Assembly: GCA_051599415.1 (NCBI GenBank)
Contig: AP039700.1
Location: 124,001 to 188,000 of the forward strand
Length of the DNA: 64,000 nucleotides
Origin: Savitreella phatthalungensis
Taxonomy: Eukaryota
Direction: 5' to 3'
Every line of letters begins with the position of its first letter. The first letter of the stretch is position 1. The notes beneath the pieces were generated by a model. That model saw nothing but the letters and a program-made list of their open reading frames with translations. It did no database searches and had not been told where the DNA came from. The position numbers and the translations under genes are program-made. This document shows, piece by piece, positions 35,685 to 46,850 of the stretch.

Positions 35685-36998
35685 CTAACAGTTGTGTAGA
35701 GCTAGATAGCATCCTGTGGTTGGCGTTGCTGTCGTTGTCGCAGCCGTCATATCTCCTCCACTGTCGCCAACACCGCCCACCCCAGACAGCACTGCCAGGA
35801 GCTGCTGCAGGTACGGCAGTAGAGGTGCGAGCAACTTGAGCAGATTTGCAAACGACAAATCGGCTGACAAGTCGATCAACGCTCCCTGCTGCTTCGTCGT
35901 CGCCGGGTTGGATGAAGCTGCACCAGGCTGCGAGTTAGTCAAGCTACCTACCCAGCCACCGCCACCTAGGTCGTCATACGTCGATGTCGACGAAGAAACT
36001 GCTGTTCCATCGTCATGGCTACCGACGCTCGCAGGCGTCGTGATAGCTGGTAATGGAAACGACGATGGGTTCTTCGTCGTCGTCGTTTGCGTATCCTGCT
36101 CCCCACCATCGGTACTGCCTAGAAGCGACTCTATCGCGCTAGCGGCTGTGGATCCTTTCGACGTCGGCAACGCCGTCTCGTTTCTGCCGGTGTCCTCGGA
36201 GTGTATGGCGGTGGCGTTGTCCTTGGATGCCGATGCACTGTGGAGCGTTGGCTTTGGCGTCGGCGGCGCTACGCCTGCCTTGCCCGTTGCCGTGGGAAAG
36301 CCCGAGGAGGCTGCGAGCACGCCAGCCGCGCTGCTAGCAGCTCCTGCGACCCCGCCACCACCGTAGTAGTCCTCGCCGTCGTGCGCGGCAGCCATCAGCT
36401 GTGCTGCTAGATTTGCCGCCGTCAGTGCTGTGTTTGCGCGCCGGACGAGGGCTCTGCGGGCTGCGACTGTGTCGTTCAGGGCGGGCTTTGGCTGTGGGTC
36501 AGAGTAGAGGTCTTGATGGCTTGAGCTCGTAGACAGCGAAGCCACACTATCTTCCCGACCCCGTCCAAACGCAGCAGCCACCAGCCAAGCAAGCAGCTCG
36601 TCAAACACCTTCACCACAGCCTGCACCCCAATGCTCTCCGACCTGACGCCAGACCCACCACCACCGGCCGTCCTAGGTGGCTGCTCTAGGTCTGAATCAT
36701 CCTCGTCTGACACTTCTGGGTCGGCGTCCTGGGTGGATGTTGCTGGGGTCGGTGCGGTGTTGAGTGGGAAGGATGAAGATTGCGTGGCGTTTGCCTTGGA
36801 ATATGGACGGTTAGCAGCCGCTGATGCTGATGCTTCTGCGACTGAGCGCTTGTACGCGGCGAGACCGTTGGTGACTGCGTCTGCTGGCGGTTGTGCGAGG
36901 ACGATTGCCTTCTGGTTCTGGTTGGTTGCTGGCGCTGCCTGGACTCCTTGGATTGCTGCTAGGGTTATGGCCGTTGTGACGAGTTGACTCGGCCGCAT
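35685..36998 (-). CDS. Secreted Ala/Ser/Thr/Gly-rich protein
   Basis: 437-aa ORF with a signal peptide (MRPSQLVTTAITLAAIQGVQA/AP), dibasic sites and several N-glycosylation sequons (NAT, NDT, NET). Confidence 0.8.
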   Translation of the reverse strand: MRPSQLVTTAITLAAIQGVQAAPATNQNQKAIVLAQPPADAVTNGLAAYKRSVAEASASAAANRPYSKANATQSSSFPLNTAPTPATSTQDADPEVSDEDDSDLEQPPRTAGGGGSGVRSESIGVQAVVKVFDELLAWLVAAAFGRGREDSVASLSTSSSHQDLYSDPQPKPALNDTVAARRALVRRANTALTAANLAAQLMAAAHDGEDYYGGGGVAGAASSAAGVLAASSGFPTATGKAGVAPPTPKPTLHSASASKDNATAIHSEDTGRNETALPTSKGSTAASAIESLLGSTDGGEQDTQTTTTKNPSSFPLPAITTPASVGSHDDGTAVSSSTSTYDDLGGGGWVGSLTNSQPGAASSNPATTKQQGALIDLSADLSFANLLKLLAPLLPYLQQLLAVLSGVGGVGDSGGDMTAATTTATPTTGCYLALHNC

Positions 36999-37706
36999 CC
37001 TCGGTGGAAGATGCCAAGTGGCGTGTGAGCGGACACAGCCGACATCCCACGGGGGTTGCCCTTCTTATAGCGTTTGTGACCAGGTTCACTGAACATTCAC
37101 AAGGTCGACACCCACAACCCACACACAAGCAATCCACGCGACACATCGGTCCACCGAATCGGCAGAACAGGGCACTTCGGTGGTAGGGTTCCCAGAATAG
37201 GCTGTGGCGGTCTGTAGCTGCGTCTTGCGTGCGTGTGAGGGACAGGTAGACTGGTTAGGTACTCAGAGTAAGGACAAGCAGGTGGTTGGGATGACGATAC
37301 ATTCTTCATCTCTGCGAGGCACGCGTCCACGCTTCATCTGGATGATGTGGAATAGCTCGTGGCGGGGTTTTGCTTACCAAGGCTTTCACTTACAGTTACC
37401 CCATGTAGAAGTCATCTTGACCTGGTCGCACTCTCGTGCAACGATAGCAGAGTCTTGCCACCATATGACCGGGACACCGGATCGACGCGCTACGGACTAA
37501 CCCAGAAAACGACTCTCTTACATCGTCAGCTGGTATGACAATTCGTCTCTGGCATACTCATATGACCAGAGGTAGATGACCTGCGTGGACTAGGTTTGAA
37601 AATAGATCGTGATACATATCGCTATCGTCTACATGGCGTTGTGTCTCGCGGACGTCATTGAGTTGAGGAGTGTAGCGTCGCAGGTTGAATGAAGGCTCCA
37701 TTTTGC

Positions 37707-40595
37707 TCATCCAATCAGTACTTCCCCTTGCTCTTCTTCTCCTTCTTCGTCGGCGATGTCTACGTGGTCTTGGGGCTGTGAGCGGGAAAGTGAGGTAGGT
37801 GGCCGCATGAGTTGCCGCGGATCCACTGAAAGTCCGGTCGAGTAACTGTGCGCAGATGCATGAGCTGCTGGACTGGCGCCCGTCGAGGCGGCTGTGGGTA
37901 ATGGCGGTAGCGCCGTGGTAGGTGCCTTTGTGGGATCTGACGGCGCGCTGGCGAGCAGCAAATCAGTGAAGGATGTGCCGTGACCTGGTGGCGCTCGGAA
38001 CTGCTGCTGGTGTCTGTTCTGTTGCTGCTGCTGCGGATGATGATCTTGCGATATGGAGTCGACACTGGGACCTCCAGGGCTTGCTAGCGCATGCGCCTGA
38101 CCAGTCATTACGGAAGACATGCCTGAGCCGTACCGAGTCGTGGCAATTCCAGAGTCTCTATCGTGCTGCTCTTGCTCCTGTTGCTGCTGCTGCGGCATGC
38201 TTGGTGAGACGTCTGCTGAATTCTGCGACTCTTGCTGACTTTGCGGCACAGGTGGATTTTTCACAAAACGATGCTGCTCTTGGAGGTTTGACGAGCTCGG
38301 TTGTGTCAGGGAAATCTGACTAGAGACCTGCGGCGAATAAGCATTGACTTGGCCAAAGGGCGTGGCCGCTGTACTGCCGGCGTGGAATTTCGCTGTGTGC
38401 TGCGAAAGTGGAGAATGAGTCTGGACGGTCTCCTGCGAGACACCGAGAATGACGCGCTCACGCTGCTGTGGCTGTTGCTGGCTCCCTGATGCAGAGGCAA
38501 CCGGCGAGCCATTGCCTTTGCTGAAGCGCATGCTGCGGAAACTGCTCGTCACGCTCTTGATCGAGGTTGGCCGCTGCGACTGTGTAAAATCCGCCACGGA
38601 TGCAGAGGCAGGCGAGGCTCCGTCTGATCCGTTGCGACCAAATATGAATGGCGAGCTGTCAACAAGCGAGACCGGCGCCGCCGGTAGTGGCGCTTTGGGT
38701 GGTGGCGTGGCTTGTTCTGATAGCATCGCTGGAGATGCATTAGATCGTGCTGGAGTCGGCGGCTGCTGAACAGGCTCAATCGCTCCACGAAGGGAACGAG
38801 CGAGCGTCGAACGGACGCTAGCCGGTGGCAAAGCGGCTGGATCTGGCGCAAAGCCTTGGCCTGTGCCGCCAAGCCTGATCGAGGATGTGTCCGACCCTCC
38901 GGCTAACGGACTGCCTTTGATATCCAGCGTTCGCGTGGATTGACTGCGCGCGAATTGTTGTAATGGCGTGCCCGCAGCACCGGGCGATAGTGTACCAGCG
39001 TCATTCGTTCCGCCACGAGCAGATCTCGCGCTCGCGTTAAGTGCTGCAAAGTAATCGTCTCGTGAGGGCACACTGTCAAGTGAGGCGGGTGTGCGAGCAC
39101 CGAGAGAGTGTACGCTGCCATGCAAGGACGACGCATCAGCGTGTGTTTGCTGCTGATGCTGTTGCTGCTTTTGTTGCTGCTGCGGCTGAAGAAGGATTTG
39201 CTGCTGTGATAGGAAGTCATGCTGTTGCGCTGGTGCTGCACCTAACAAGACTCCGCCTGCAGGGGTAGCGTTCTGGAATTGGCTGAAGTTGAATCGAGGT
39301 GAGGAGAGTTGCGCGGCTTGGCCGACGGCTCGTGGCAGTTCCGCTACAGTCTGTGGGACGTGCGGCGGGGGCACGCCGTTGAGACGCAAGATGCTGCGCT
39401 GACTGGCGATACTGCCACGCCTCAAGAGAGCTTCCGTAATAGAATTGGCGGGTGAGCGAGTTGGGAAGAGAGAGCGCTCGTTGCGAAGTGGGTTCGACTT
39501 GTCAGTTGTCCGCGCATCCACCCATTCGGGACAATAGTTGATGCCGTGGATGATCGTTGCCAGCTTGCCGCCGCCAGCGATGGTAGCTTCCACTTTGAGC
39601 GCCAGGCCACATTCGATGTTGGCTGCGCTCGTTCGCGAATACAGTGTGCGTGGGAATGGCAGACGTGAAGTGGATGTCAGACTAGGACAATTCCACTCGA
39701 TCAAATAGCTCGTCCGACCATGCGCGAGCGTGCGAGCAGACTCGCGATCCCGGAAATGTCCGCCGGTAGTGCTAGCCTGTGGCGAGTGCTCCTCGTGAAC
39801 GTAGAGAGACCGGTAGCTCAGCTCCTTCTCTTGCGAGCCGACAGAGACAAGAATACGCGAATGCAGCGACAGAGTTATCGTGCGTATTTCAAGAGGTATT
39901 GCTGTGTCGCACTCGACCACGAATGGTAGGCCCGGCATGAGGAATGTGCTGCATCGAGTACGGAAATCGACATATCCCGGATTGGCGCTGTTTGGCCGTG
40001 AAGATAGACAGCTGAACATGCCGTCCGGGAAAAGGCTGTCGACTTCGAGCACGACGGGCTTGACTGGCACCTGGAACTGATTCTTCTCGATTTGTTTGTC
40101 TTGACGAAGCATACCCGCACGCTTCATCACGCGACATGTCAGATAGTGCTTGATGTGGCCACCGTCCATGTCGACCGTCGGCGGCTTCGGCGGCGTCACT
40201 GGCATGAATGTGAACGCATAGTGTCCAGTGCCATGGAGCACGGTCGGGTCGCCATTGGAAGCGTCGTTGCGTACACGCCTCTGTAGGCCACCCTGGTCGT
40301 AGAATCTGCCCTGACCGCTGCGTCCCTGATGCTGGCCCTCCGTAGGGTTTGGAAAGAGCTCAAGTGTCTCGGAGAAGAGCTGTTCCACGTGTGCCTGCTT
40401 TGCCCCTGGGACTGAAATGCTGCGCCAAGTGCTCAACTCGATCGAGACAGAGGTGATGTCTTTGTTGCGCGGATTGCTGACCTCGACCGTGCCTATTATT
40501 GGTTCGTTGGCAAAGTAGTCATCCTGCTCTAGCTTGACGGTCGTGTACTCGCCGGAGTTGGTCAGCTTACCACGACGCACAGAAGCTGCGGCCAT
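37707..40595 (-). CDS. Large protein with an arrestin-like N-terminal beta-sandwich region and a long Q/S/P-rich disordered tail
   Basis: VKLEQDDYFANEPIIGTVEV..ITSVSIEL, HYAFTF..PPT...GHIKHYLTCRV fits an arrestin_N-like pattern. First ATG at 40595. Confidence 0.65.
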   Translation of the reverse strand: MAAASVRRGKLTNSGEYTTVKLEQDDYFANEPIIGTVEVSNPRNKDITSVSIELSTWRSISVPGAKQAHVEQLFSETLELFPNPTEGQHQGRSGQGRFYDQGGLQRRVRNDASNGDPTVLHGTGHYAFTFMPVTPPKPPTVDMDGGHIKHYLTCRVMKRAGMLRQDKQIEKNQFQVPVKPVVLEVDSLFPDGMFSCLSSRPNSANPGYVDFRTRCSTFLMPGLPFVVECDTAIPLEIRTITLSLHSRILVSVGSQEKELSYRSLYVHEEHSPQASTTGGHFRDRESARTLAHGRTSYLIEWNCPSLTSTSRLPFPRTLYSRTSAANIECGLALKVEATIAGGGKLATIIHGINYCPEWVDARTTDKSNPLRNERSLFPTRSPANSITEALLRRGSIASQRSILRLNGVPPPHVPQTVAELPRAVGQAAQLSSPRFNFSQFQNATPAGGVLLGAAPAQQHDFLSQQQILLQPQQQQKQQQHQQQTHADASSLHGSVHSLGARTPASLDSVPSRDDYFAALNASARSARGGTNDAGTLSPGAAGTPLQQFARSQSTRTLDIKGSPLAGGSDTSSIRLGGTGQGFAPDPAALPPASVRSTLARSLRGAIEPVQQPPTPARSNASPAMLSEQATPPPKAPLPAAPVSLVDSSPFIFGRNGSDGASPASASVADFTQSQRPTSIKSVTSSFRSMRFSKGNGSPVASASGSQQQPQQRERVILGVSQETVQTHSPLSQHTAKFHAGSTAATPFGQVNAYSPQVSSQISLTQPSSSNLQEQHRFVKNPPVPQSQQESQNSADVSPSMPQQQQQEQEQHDRDSGIATTRYGSGMSSVMTGQAHALASPGGPSVDSISQDHHPQQQQQNRHQQQFRAPPGHGTSFTDLLLASAPSDPTKAPTTALPPLPTAASTGASPAAHASAHSYSTGLSVDPRQLMRPPTSLSRSQPQDHVDIADEEGEEEQGEVLIG

Positions 40596-42648
40596 GACTG
40601 GCGCTCGTCCAGACAATGGTGAAAGCTTTCAGCCAGAATAGGTCCTCTCGGATGTGTTCAAAACATGCTTATCAGTGCGTCCTTGAGAACTCGACAGTCC
40701 TGAAGCCCCTCAGGCGTGTTAAAAAAGAAGGATGAGGTTGCGGGGGTTGAGAATCCACGATGCGTTTGCTTCGATAGCGATCTTTTGCTCACTGTTCGCG
40801 ACGTTGTACCATTTGCCAAAGAATCTTGTCTACCCATTGCTCCGGTTTCCCAAGGGAGGTGGGTGAAGTGGAGGTGGAATGAGCCACTGTGCGCTCAGCT
40901 TGTGATTCACCATATTGCACTTCCTTGGTTCAAAGCTTCAGCTCGGTCTGACGAGTGCACTCGACTGATAGAGTTTTGGACTGTGACACAGGTGAACAGC
41001 ACACAGTTCAGCTTACGCGGGTCAAGTGAGTTGGCTCTATGGGTGGGACGCGAGCAACCTGAGGCGATCGAGATCTTGATCGATCGAGTAATATACATGA
41101 TCCGCATTCTCCTCCCGCCAGATTGCAATCGACTTGATCCAAATCCAGATGAGGTAGAGTCTAATCATGGGCAACAACGACGAACAACCTGTGTCCAGCT
41201 TGGGTCTGATTCAGCCATAGGCATCTTATTGGCGTTGGGTCTGCGCCTTTTTTCACTTATGCTGTCTTAGTACCATGCATCAATTCCCATCCACTTCAGA
41301 TTCGCAGCACAAGCGATTCAAGCTGGAGTGGTTCAAGAAAGGCGAGACGAGTAAGCCACGGAAGCGGCTGCTTGTGCAGGCCATCCTCATCCTCGGCTGA
41401 CGAAGAGTAATCAGACTTGGTTCAAACGGTCCCACTTTTCTAATCCAGAAGCAGAAAGTGGACTCCAGACCAAACCTGGTAGAATTTGACTTGCAGGTTT
41501 CAATACAATTGCGCTCTCGACCATCGAATCTCAGGTGGTTCAAAACCGGTGATAAGTTCAATGATATATCCGTGCACTTGAAGCAATCTATCGGAAAATA
41601 TCTTCAATGTCATGTTTCATATTTTGTTCTAATCAGTAATCTAATTACAGCTGTGTAACAGATAACAGATATGTACGAGAACTTTCAGAATTAACGTTAT
41701 ACCTTCTGAAGCACTCTCCCCTCCTTTAAAATTCTTCTTTTCATCTCCTGATCTCACGCAGGCCTGCGCCGAAAGCCGTCAGATCCTCGCTTGTCTTGGC
41801 TTGTTACTACAGTCTCGACAACCGCTGCTTCACAAGATCCACAACCCATTGATTCAGTTCTTGAAATGCCTCCATCGTCTACGCCGACACCTGCAAGGTT
41901 CTACATGGATGCAAATTTGGCAGCCCATTTCCTCAATAGATACCGACAGATTTGAGTCACACAGCCGTTTATCGGTGTGCTCACAGTGAGTTGATTGCGC
42001 TGATGCCAACGACACCGGGCTCTATGATCTCTCCCAAAACCCCCCCAACCACACTCCCTGCTACTCCGGGACAGCGAGCCCTTTTTCAGAATTTTATGGT
42101 CCGCATGACCTGATTTCCTATTGCAGCAATGCAATTATCGGTGGTTTCTGATGCACTCAGTTCATTTGGTATGCAAGGCGCGCCTATGACATTATTGATT
42201 TTGGGTAGGCGGTCGTGAGATGCCCGAGTTGTCCATGAAGTGCTCAAAGTTGATGCGTTGGCAATCAATTCACAAGCTTCCCGCTTCTGTAGCTCCTCCC
42301 TCCCTTTCGTCCCTACCCATCATTCCATCGCGGAAATCTGGTAATGCATATAGCCATGTGTGCCGTCCCTCTAGATGACTATATCACCTGACCCTCACTA
42401 CTTATCATATGATCCACAACGACTTCCCATTTCTCGATCAATGGACAGGAGATCGTGCATGAGTTCATGAAAGATAATGAATTTGAACAATCATAGCAAC
42501 TACTTACATGTCACTGGCATGGAGCGTCAAATCAGCGTCCTCTGCAAGCCATCAACTTCATCTTCTTCGTCTCTAATGGGTTTGTCGTTCTTGTCGTCTA
42601 TCATCCTGTTGTTGATTCGTCTGCGCTTTTGTGCTCTGGTATGCCCTT

Positions 42649-43806
42649 TCAGGCGTCCTGATCGATGAAGTCCCAAAGACTGTTCTCGAGTTCAGACCCA
42701 GTATTGAAGCTGCCAAACGCTGCGTTGTTCAACTTGGTCTGAGCAATGTCGTCCGTTGGATCCAGCTGGAAGTCGAGCGCAGATGCATCCATGCTCGTCA
42801 TGGCGTCGACGTTGTCGCCAACCTGCAAAGAGAGCGGCGAGACCTTCTGCTTTGGCTGGGAAGATGCATCGGTGCCAGCAGCCGGCGCAAGCGTCGAGTC
42901 GATTCCAGAACCCAACAGATTGTCATCGAGCAGTGCAGCAACCTCTGCGTCGTCGAGCGCAGACTTGGTCGATGGGTCTGCATTCCACGGCAACAGGATC
43001 TGCTGCGTGTTGCGAGGCAGAACTGATGAGAAGACTTTGCCATCCAAGTCATCACCAACGAGCAGGTCGCTCGCAGGCGACTTGTCCGATGTCGGCGTCG
43101 GCGGCAGCTGTCCAGGGTCATCCACCGGCTTCGGCAGAGATGGGTGACGAGCGGCCGGTGTAAACTTTGCAGCCATCCGTTGAAGATCCTGTGGCTTGAG
43201 CGTGCCCATGTTGTCGATGGCCGCTGTGGATGAGAGTCGCCGTCTGCGTGTAAATAGATTTGAGTTGTTGACGTTGTATGGCTGGCTTGTTTGAACCTCG
43301 GCCGTATTGGAGTTAGTGACGACCTTTGGCGAGGCTGCCTTCTTGCTCAACACATCCTTCCAATTATCAGAGTATTTGGGAAAGAGACTCTGGTGGTCAA
43401 CAAACTGTTTCGCATTGGCAAGATCCGCCACGCCAGCGCCAGTGCTCTGGCCTGCCTGCATCTTGTCTCCGGGCTTTCCTGTACCAGACAGAGCCTTGCG
43501 GAAGGCGACGGCATTGGCGAGGTATGCCTGTAAACGAGCGTCGAAGCTGCTCGAGCCCGTGTATAGGTGTGAATTGAGATTTCGATACGCGGAAGGTAAG
43601 TCGTCATCCTCTTCCTCATACATCTCCTCGTTAATGACATCCTGCTCGCTGATCTTCAGAGCCTTTCCTGTGCGACGCTTGTGAATCTCCGAGGCCCGGC
43701 GGGCGGATTCCATACGAGCCTCTAGCGAACGGTCTGTACGGCGGGACGCGGCGATGTATGCACGCTCCTGATTCTCTTCATGTGTGCGCTCGCTCTTACG
43801 AAGCAT
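42649..43806 (-). CDS. Conserved fungal protein of unknown function
   Basis: N-terminal RTHEENQERAYIAASRRTDRSLEARMESARRASEIHKRRTGKALKISEQDVINEEMYEEEDDDLP block, which I recognise from filamentous ascomycete hypothetical proteins. First ATG at 43806. Confidence 0.8.
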   Translation of the reverse strand: MLRKSERTHEENQERAYIAASRRTDRSLEARMESARRASEIHKRRTGKALKISEQDVINEEMYEEEDDDLPSAYRNLNSHLYTGSSSFDARLQAYLANAVAFRKALSGTGKPGDKMQAGQSTGAGVADLANAKQFVDHQSLFPKYSDNWKDVLSKKAASPKVVTNSNTAEVQTSQPYNVNNSNLFTRRRRLSSTAAIDNMGTLKPQDLQRMAAKFTPAARHPSLPKPVDDPGQLPPTPTSDKSPASDLLVGDDLDGKVFSSVLPRNTQQILLPWNADPSTKSALDDAEVAALLDDNLLGSGIDSTLAPAAGTDASSQPKQKVSPLSLQVGDNVDAMTSMDASALDFQLDPTDDIAQTKLNNAAFGSFNTGSELENSLWDFIDQDA

Positions 43807-45071
43807 TCCGAAAGATTTTGTCGCGCTGAGAGCCAAATTACTCTATCTTCTGATGTTGCAAATTGTCCCTGTGGATCTTTGCGCTTGGTCGCGCTACTGT
43901 CGTGGAACGAAGGTATGTACGATGACACTTGTACGATGTGTGTGAGTTTCTCAGTGTTCGAGATGTGTGTCTGATTGAGAGAATTAAAGAGGGGTGAGGG
44001 GGATATGGAACGGATATTGTAGTATTGTGTATAGTGGTATAGGGTTGTCAAGATCTGAACGATCTGTATCATCTGGGATTTAACCTTGTTCTGATTGAAG
44101 ACACGTTGTCCAGATCTTTCGATCTGCACTTTCTACCGGATTAGATGGAGATCCGCCAAACGAAGATATCTCGGAAGCGCGCCTAGGTGATCAGCTTGGG
44201 ATTCTAACTGATCACACTTCTTGTGCTCCCAGGGCATGTTCATCACCTTGCCCGCCACACTATGACGCAGAAGTCTGTAAGCTTGAAAATACGTCTGAGA
44301 GCATTTGGCTTCACCGCCCAATCGCAGACCAGGAAACTTCCCCAGGATTGTCCATCTTTGACGTCACACACGATTTGGCCTCAACCAGTGGGATCGCATG
44401 CATGTCAATCAGTATCCCAAGCCGGCCGAGTATGGCAATCCTGAATGGTATAGTATGGGCTACGAACTCGACCTCTTTGCACGTTCTCACTGGCATCTTT
44501 ACACGAGGACGAGGATGAGAACGTCGCCCCCGTGACGGTCGAGATCGCTCAATGTCGTTCCTAGTGGCCTGATCGATGAGTGGAAAGTGAAATGTGAGCC
44601 CGAAATACATGAGCCTCGGTGGGCTGATACCCGAGCCAGATTGGTGATATAGAGAAAACTAGACCATGCAATGCCAACGCATACGGTCCCAAAGTTGCGG
44701 CTGTAATATAACATAGTCTGTGAGGGGCACCGACGCGGATATGAGATTGTCCAGATCCTTCCGATCTGTAAATCCGTGTATCGGCAGTCCCCTTGTCAAT
44801 TGCCAAGGGAGTCAGCTGTTTGTCCATAGGTTCCACGTCACTCGGAGATGGCTGCCCGTCGTCCCTATTTGTGGATATAGACCTGCTCATTTCCTCTTGC
44901 GTTTTCGGCTTACATCTCTGCGGATGAGCAAGATATATGGAAGCACATTGCGCGTTGGCAGACCTCTATTCGTTTGACACACGTACACCCTGAGATGCGC
45001 TCACACAAAATTGTTGACGATGTGGGCGCTTACAAGGCTTTACCCACTCAAACCTTATGCTAATTTCGTTC

Positions 45072-46850
45072 CTAATTGGTTAAGCCTTCGAGCGATCCAC
45101 GTGCTTGAGCCTCTTTGACCTGCTCGAAAGCCTTGAGGAGTTTTCTGCGTGCGCCCAGGGCGGAAACGCCGATGTTCTGTAAGGCTGCATCGTCGAGTTC
45201 AATCATCGCACGCCAGCCGCCCTCGATTTTGTCAAAGTTGGGTTTATACTTGTGAAGTCGCAGATGTCGTAGCCAGCTCGGGATGTCCGCAAGGAGCACA
45301 GGATCAGTCGGATCCTCATTCCCACCAGCAGCTGCGGCTTTAGACCCGCTTCCACTAACACTGCCATTTACGCTACCAATGTCTCCAGCACCAGCACCAG
45401 CGGAAACGTGCGATGTGTTCGTGTGACCTCGCGGCTGTCTAGCATCCTGCAACGCCGATGGGCTGCTCACGTACCGAGTTTGTTGTTGGTATGGACTGTG
45501 ATACTGATGGTTGTGATGTTGTAGCTGTGACTGCTGCTGCTGCTGCTGCTGTTGCGTTTGGGAGCTCCATAAGGATGAGACCGGCGTGCCGTTCGATGCA
45601 GAGGACCCGAGCTGTTCGCCAGGACGACCTGGTGTGCCGTTGCCGCTCTTGGAGTCTCGCCTGAATTTACGCACGTCGTTGTCGAGGACGACGCGATTGT
45701 TCAGGTTCACAGCGGCAAGGCGCTGCGCTAGAGAAGTGCCTGACATGTTGTCCTGCGCACGTCCCAGCACCGCAGCACCGGGAAACATTGACGAAGCCGG
45801 TGTGTTCGTCATACTCGCCCAATTACCGCTGCCACCTGCGTACTCTCCAAAAGGGCTAAACGGTAAGCCTCCGCTGTTGGCAGGCGCGAGAGTCGAGCCA
45901 GAAGCGAACGAGCTGCCATGATTCTGATTTTCAGGCTTCGACGGCTCCGCGGATCTCGGCCTGGCAGGAGTCTCGTTCAGCCTGCGGAAGGAAGGTGTCC
46001 ACGGCGAGCGTAAGCCCTCGTTACCGGTGGCCGTGCTCAATGTGATCTCCGGCGTCTGTGCCGCCGACAGTGGTGAAGCAGCTGAAGCCATCGTCAGCTG
46101 CCGTTTCCTGTGTTGCAGCTCGGCGCGCTGATTTGCAAGCGCGAGCGCTGCATCGGGGAACATCTGTGAGATCGTCCCAGATTGTAGCTGTCCCTGCTTG
46201 CTATTTGACAATGCGGTGGTAAAATTGTTGCCCACGATGCTTGCCCGGCTTTGTGAGAAGTCAGCTGGTAAAGATGATTCGCGACCAAAGGGGGCAGGGC
46301 TCAGCATTGCAGCGAGAGGATCTTGACGAGCCATCTGCTGGAGCACCATGATGAAAAATCTGATCTGTACATGGGTGGTGTGTTGCAGCAAGGAGTAGAG
46401 TGCAGCTGTGCGCTCGGCGTCAGACAGGACACGGAACCATTGCTCAATTGCGCCGAGCTCCTCTTTGAAGCTGCTGTCAAGTGAGGCTCCGGCCATGTCT
46501 TCCAGTGTATTTTCGTACTTTTGAAGGTCATCGAGCCACTTATCATAGACTTGTGCAGCTGTGAAGTGTGTCAGTGTCATGACCTTTGCAGCTCCATCAT
46601 CCAGCTTACAATCAGCATGCGGTGGTCTTGAAGGCGTTTGAGTAGCTACTGGATCTATCAGAGACGAGACTGGTCGCTGAATACCGCTTCAGAAGTCAGC
46701 AAGGCTGTTTCAAGGCACTTCAGATGGGGAAATAGATCGAGCTCACCTTTGTGCGAGTGGCGAGCGATAGCTGTGCAGATGTGAAAGATCCTCGGAGGCT
46801 CTATACGCATGAGTCCTTACGGGCCTCGGCCCATTGCTGAGTGTGGACAT
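45072..46850 (-). CDS. VTS1: SAM-domain RNA-binding protein Vts1 (Smaug family); exons 46850-46747, 46686-46610, 46558-45072
   Basis: YENTLEDMA..FKEELGAIEQWFRVLSDAERTAALYSLLQ and SAM domain DIPSWLRHLRLHKY..GVSALGARRKLLKAF. Introns GTGAGC..CTGAC..AAG (60 nt) and GTAAGC..CTGAC..CAG (51 nt) keep the frame. Confidence 0.92.
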
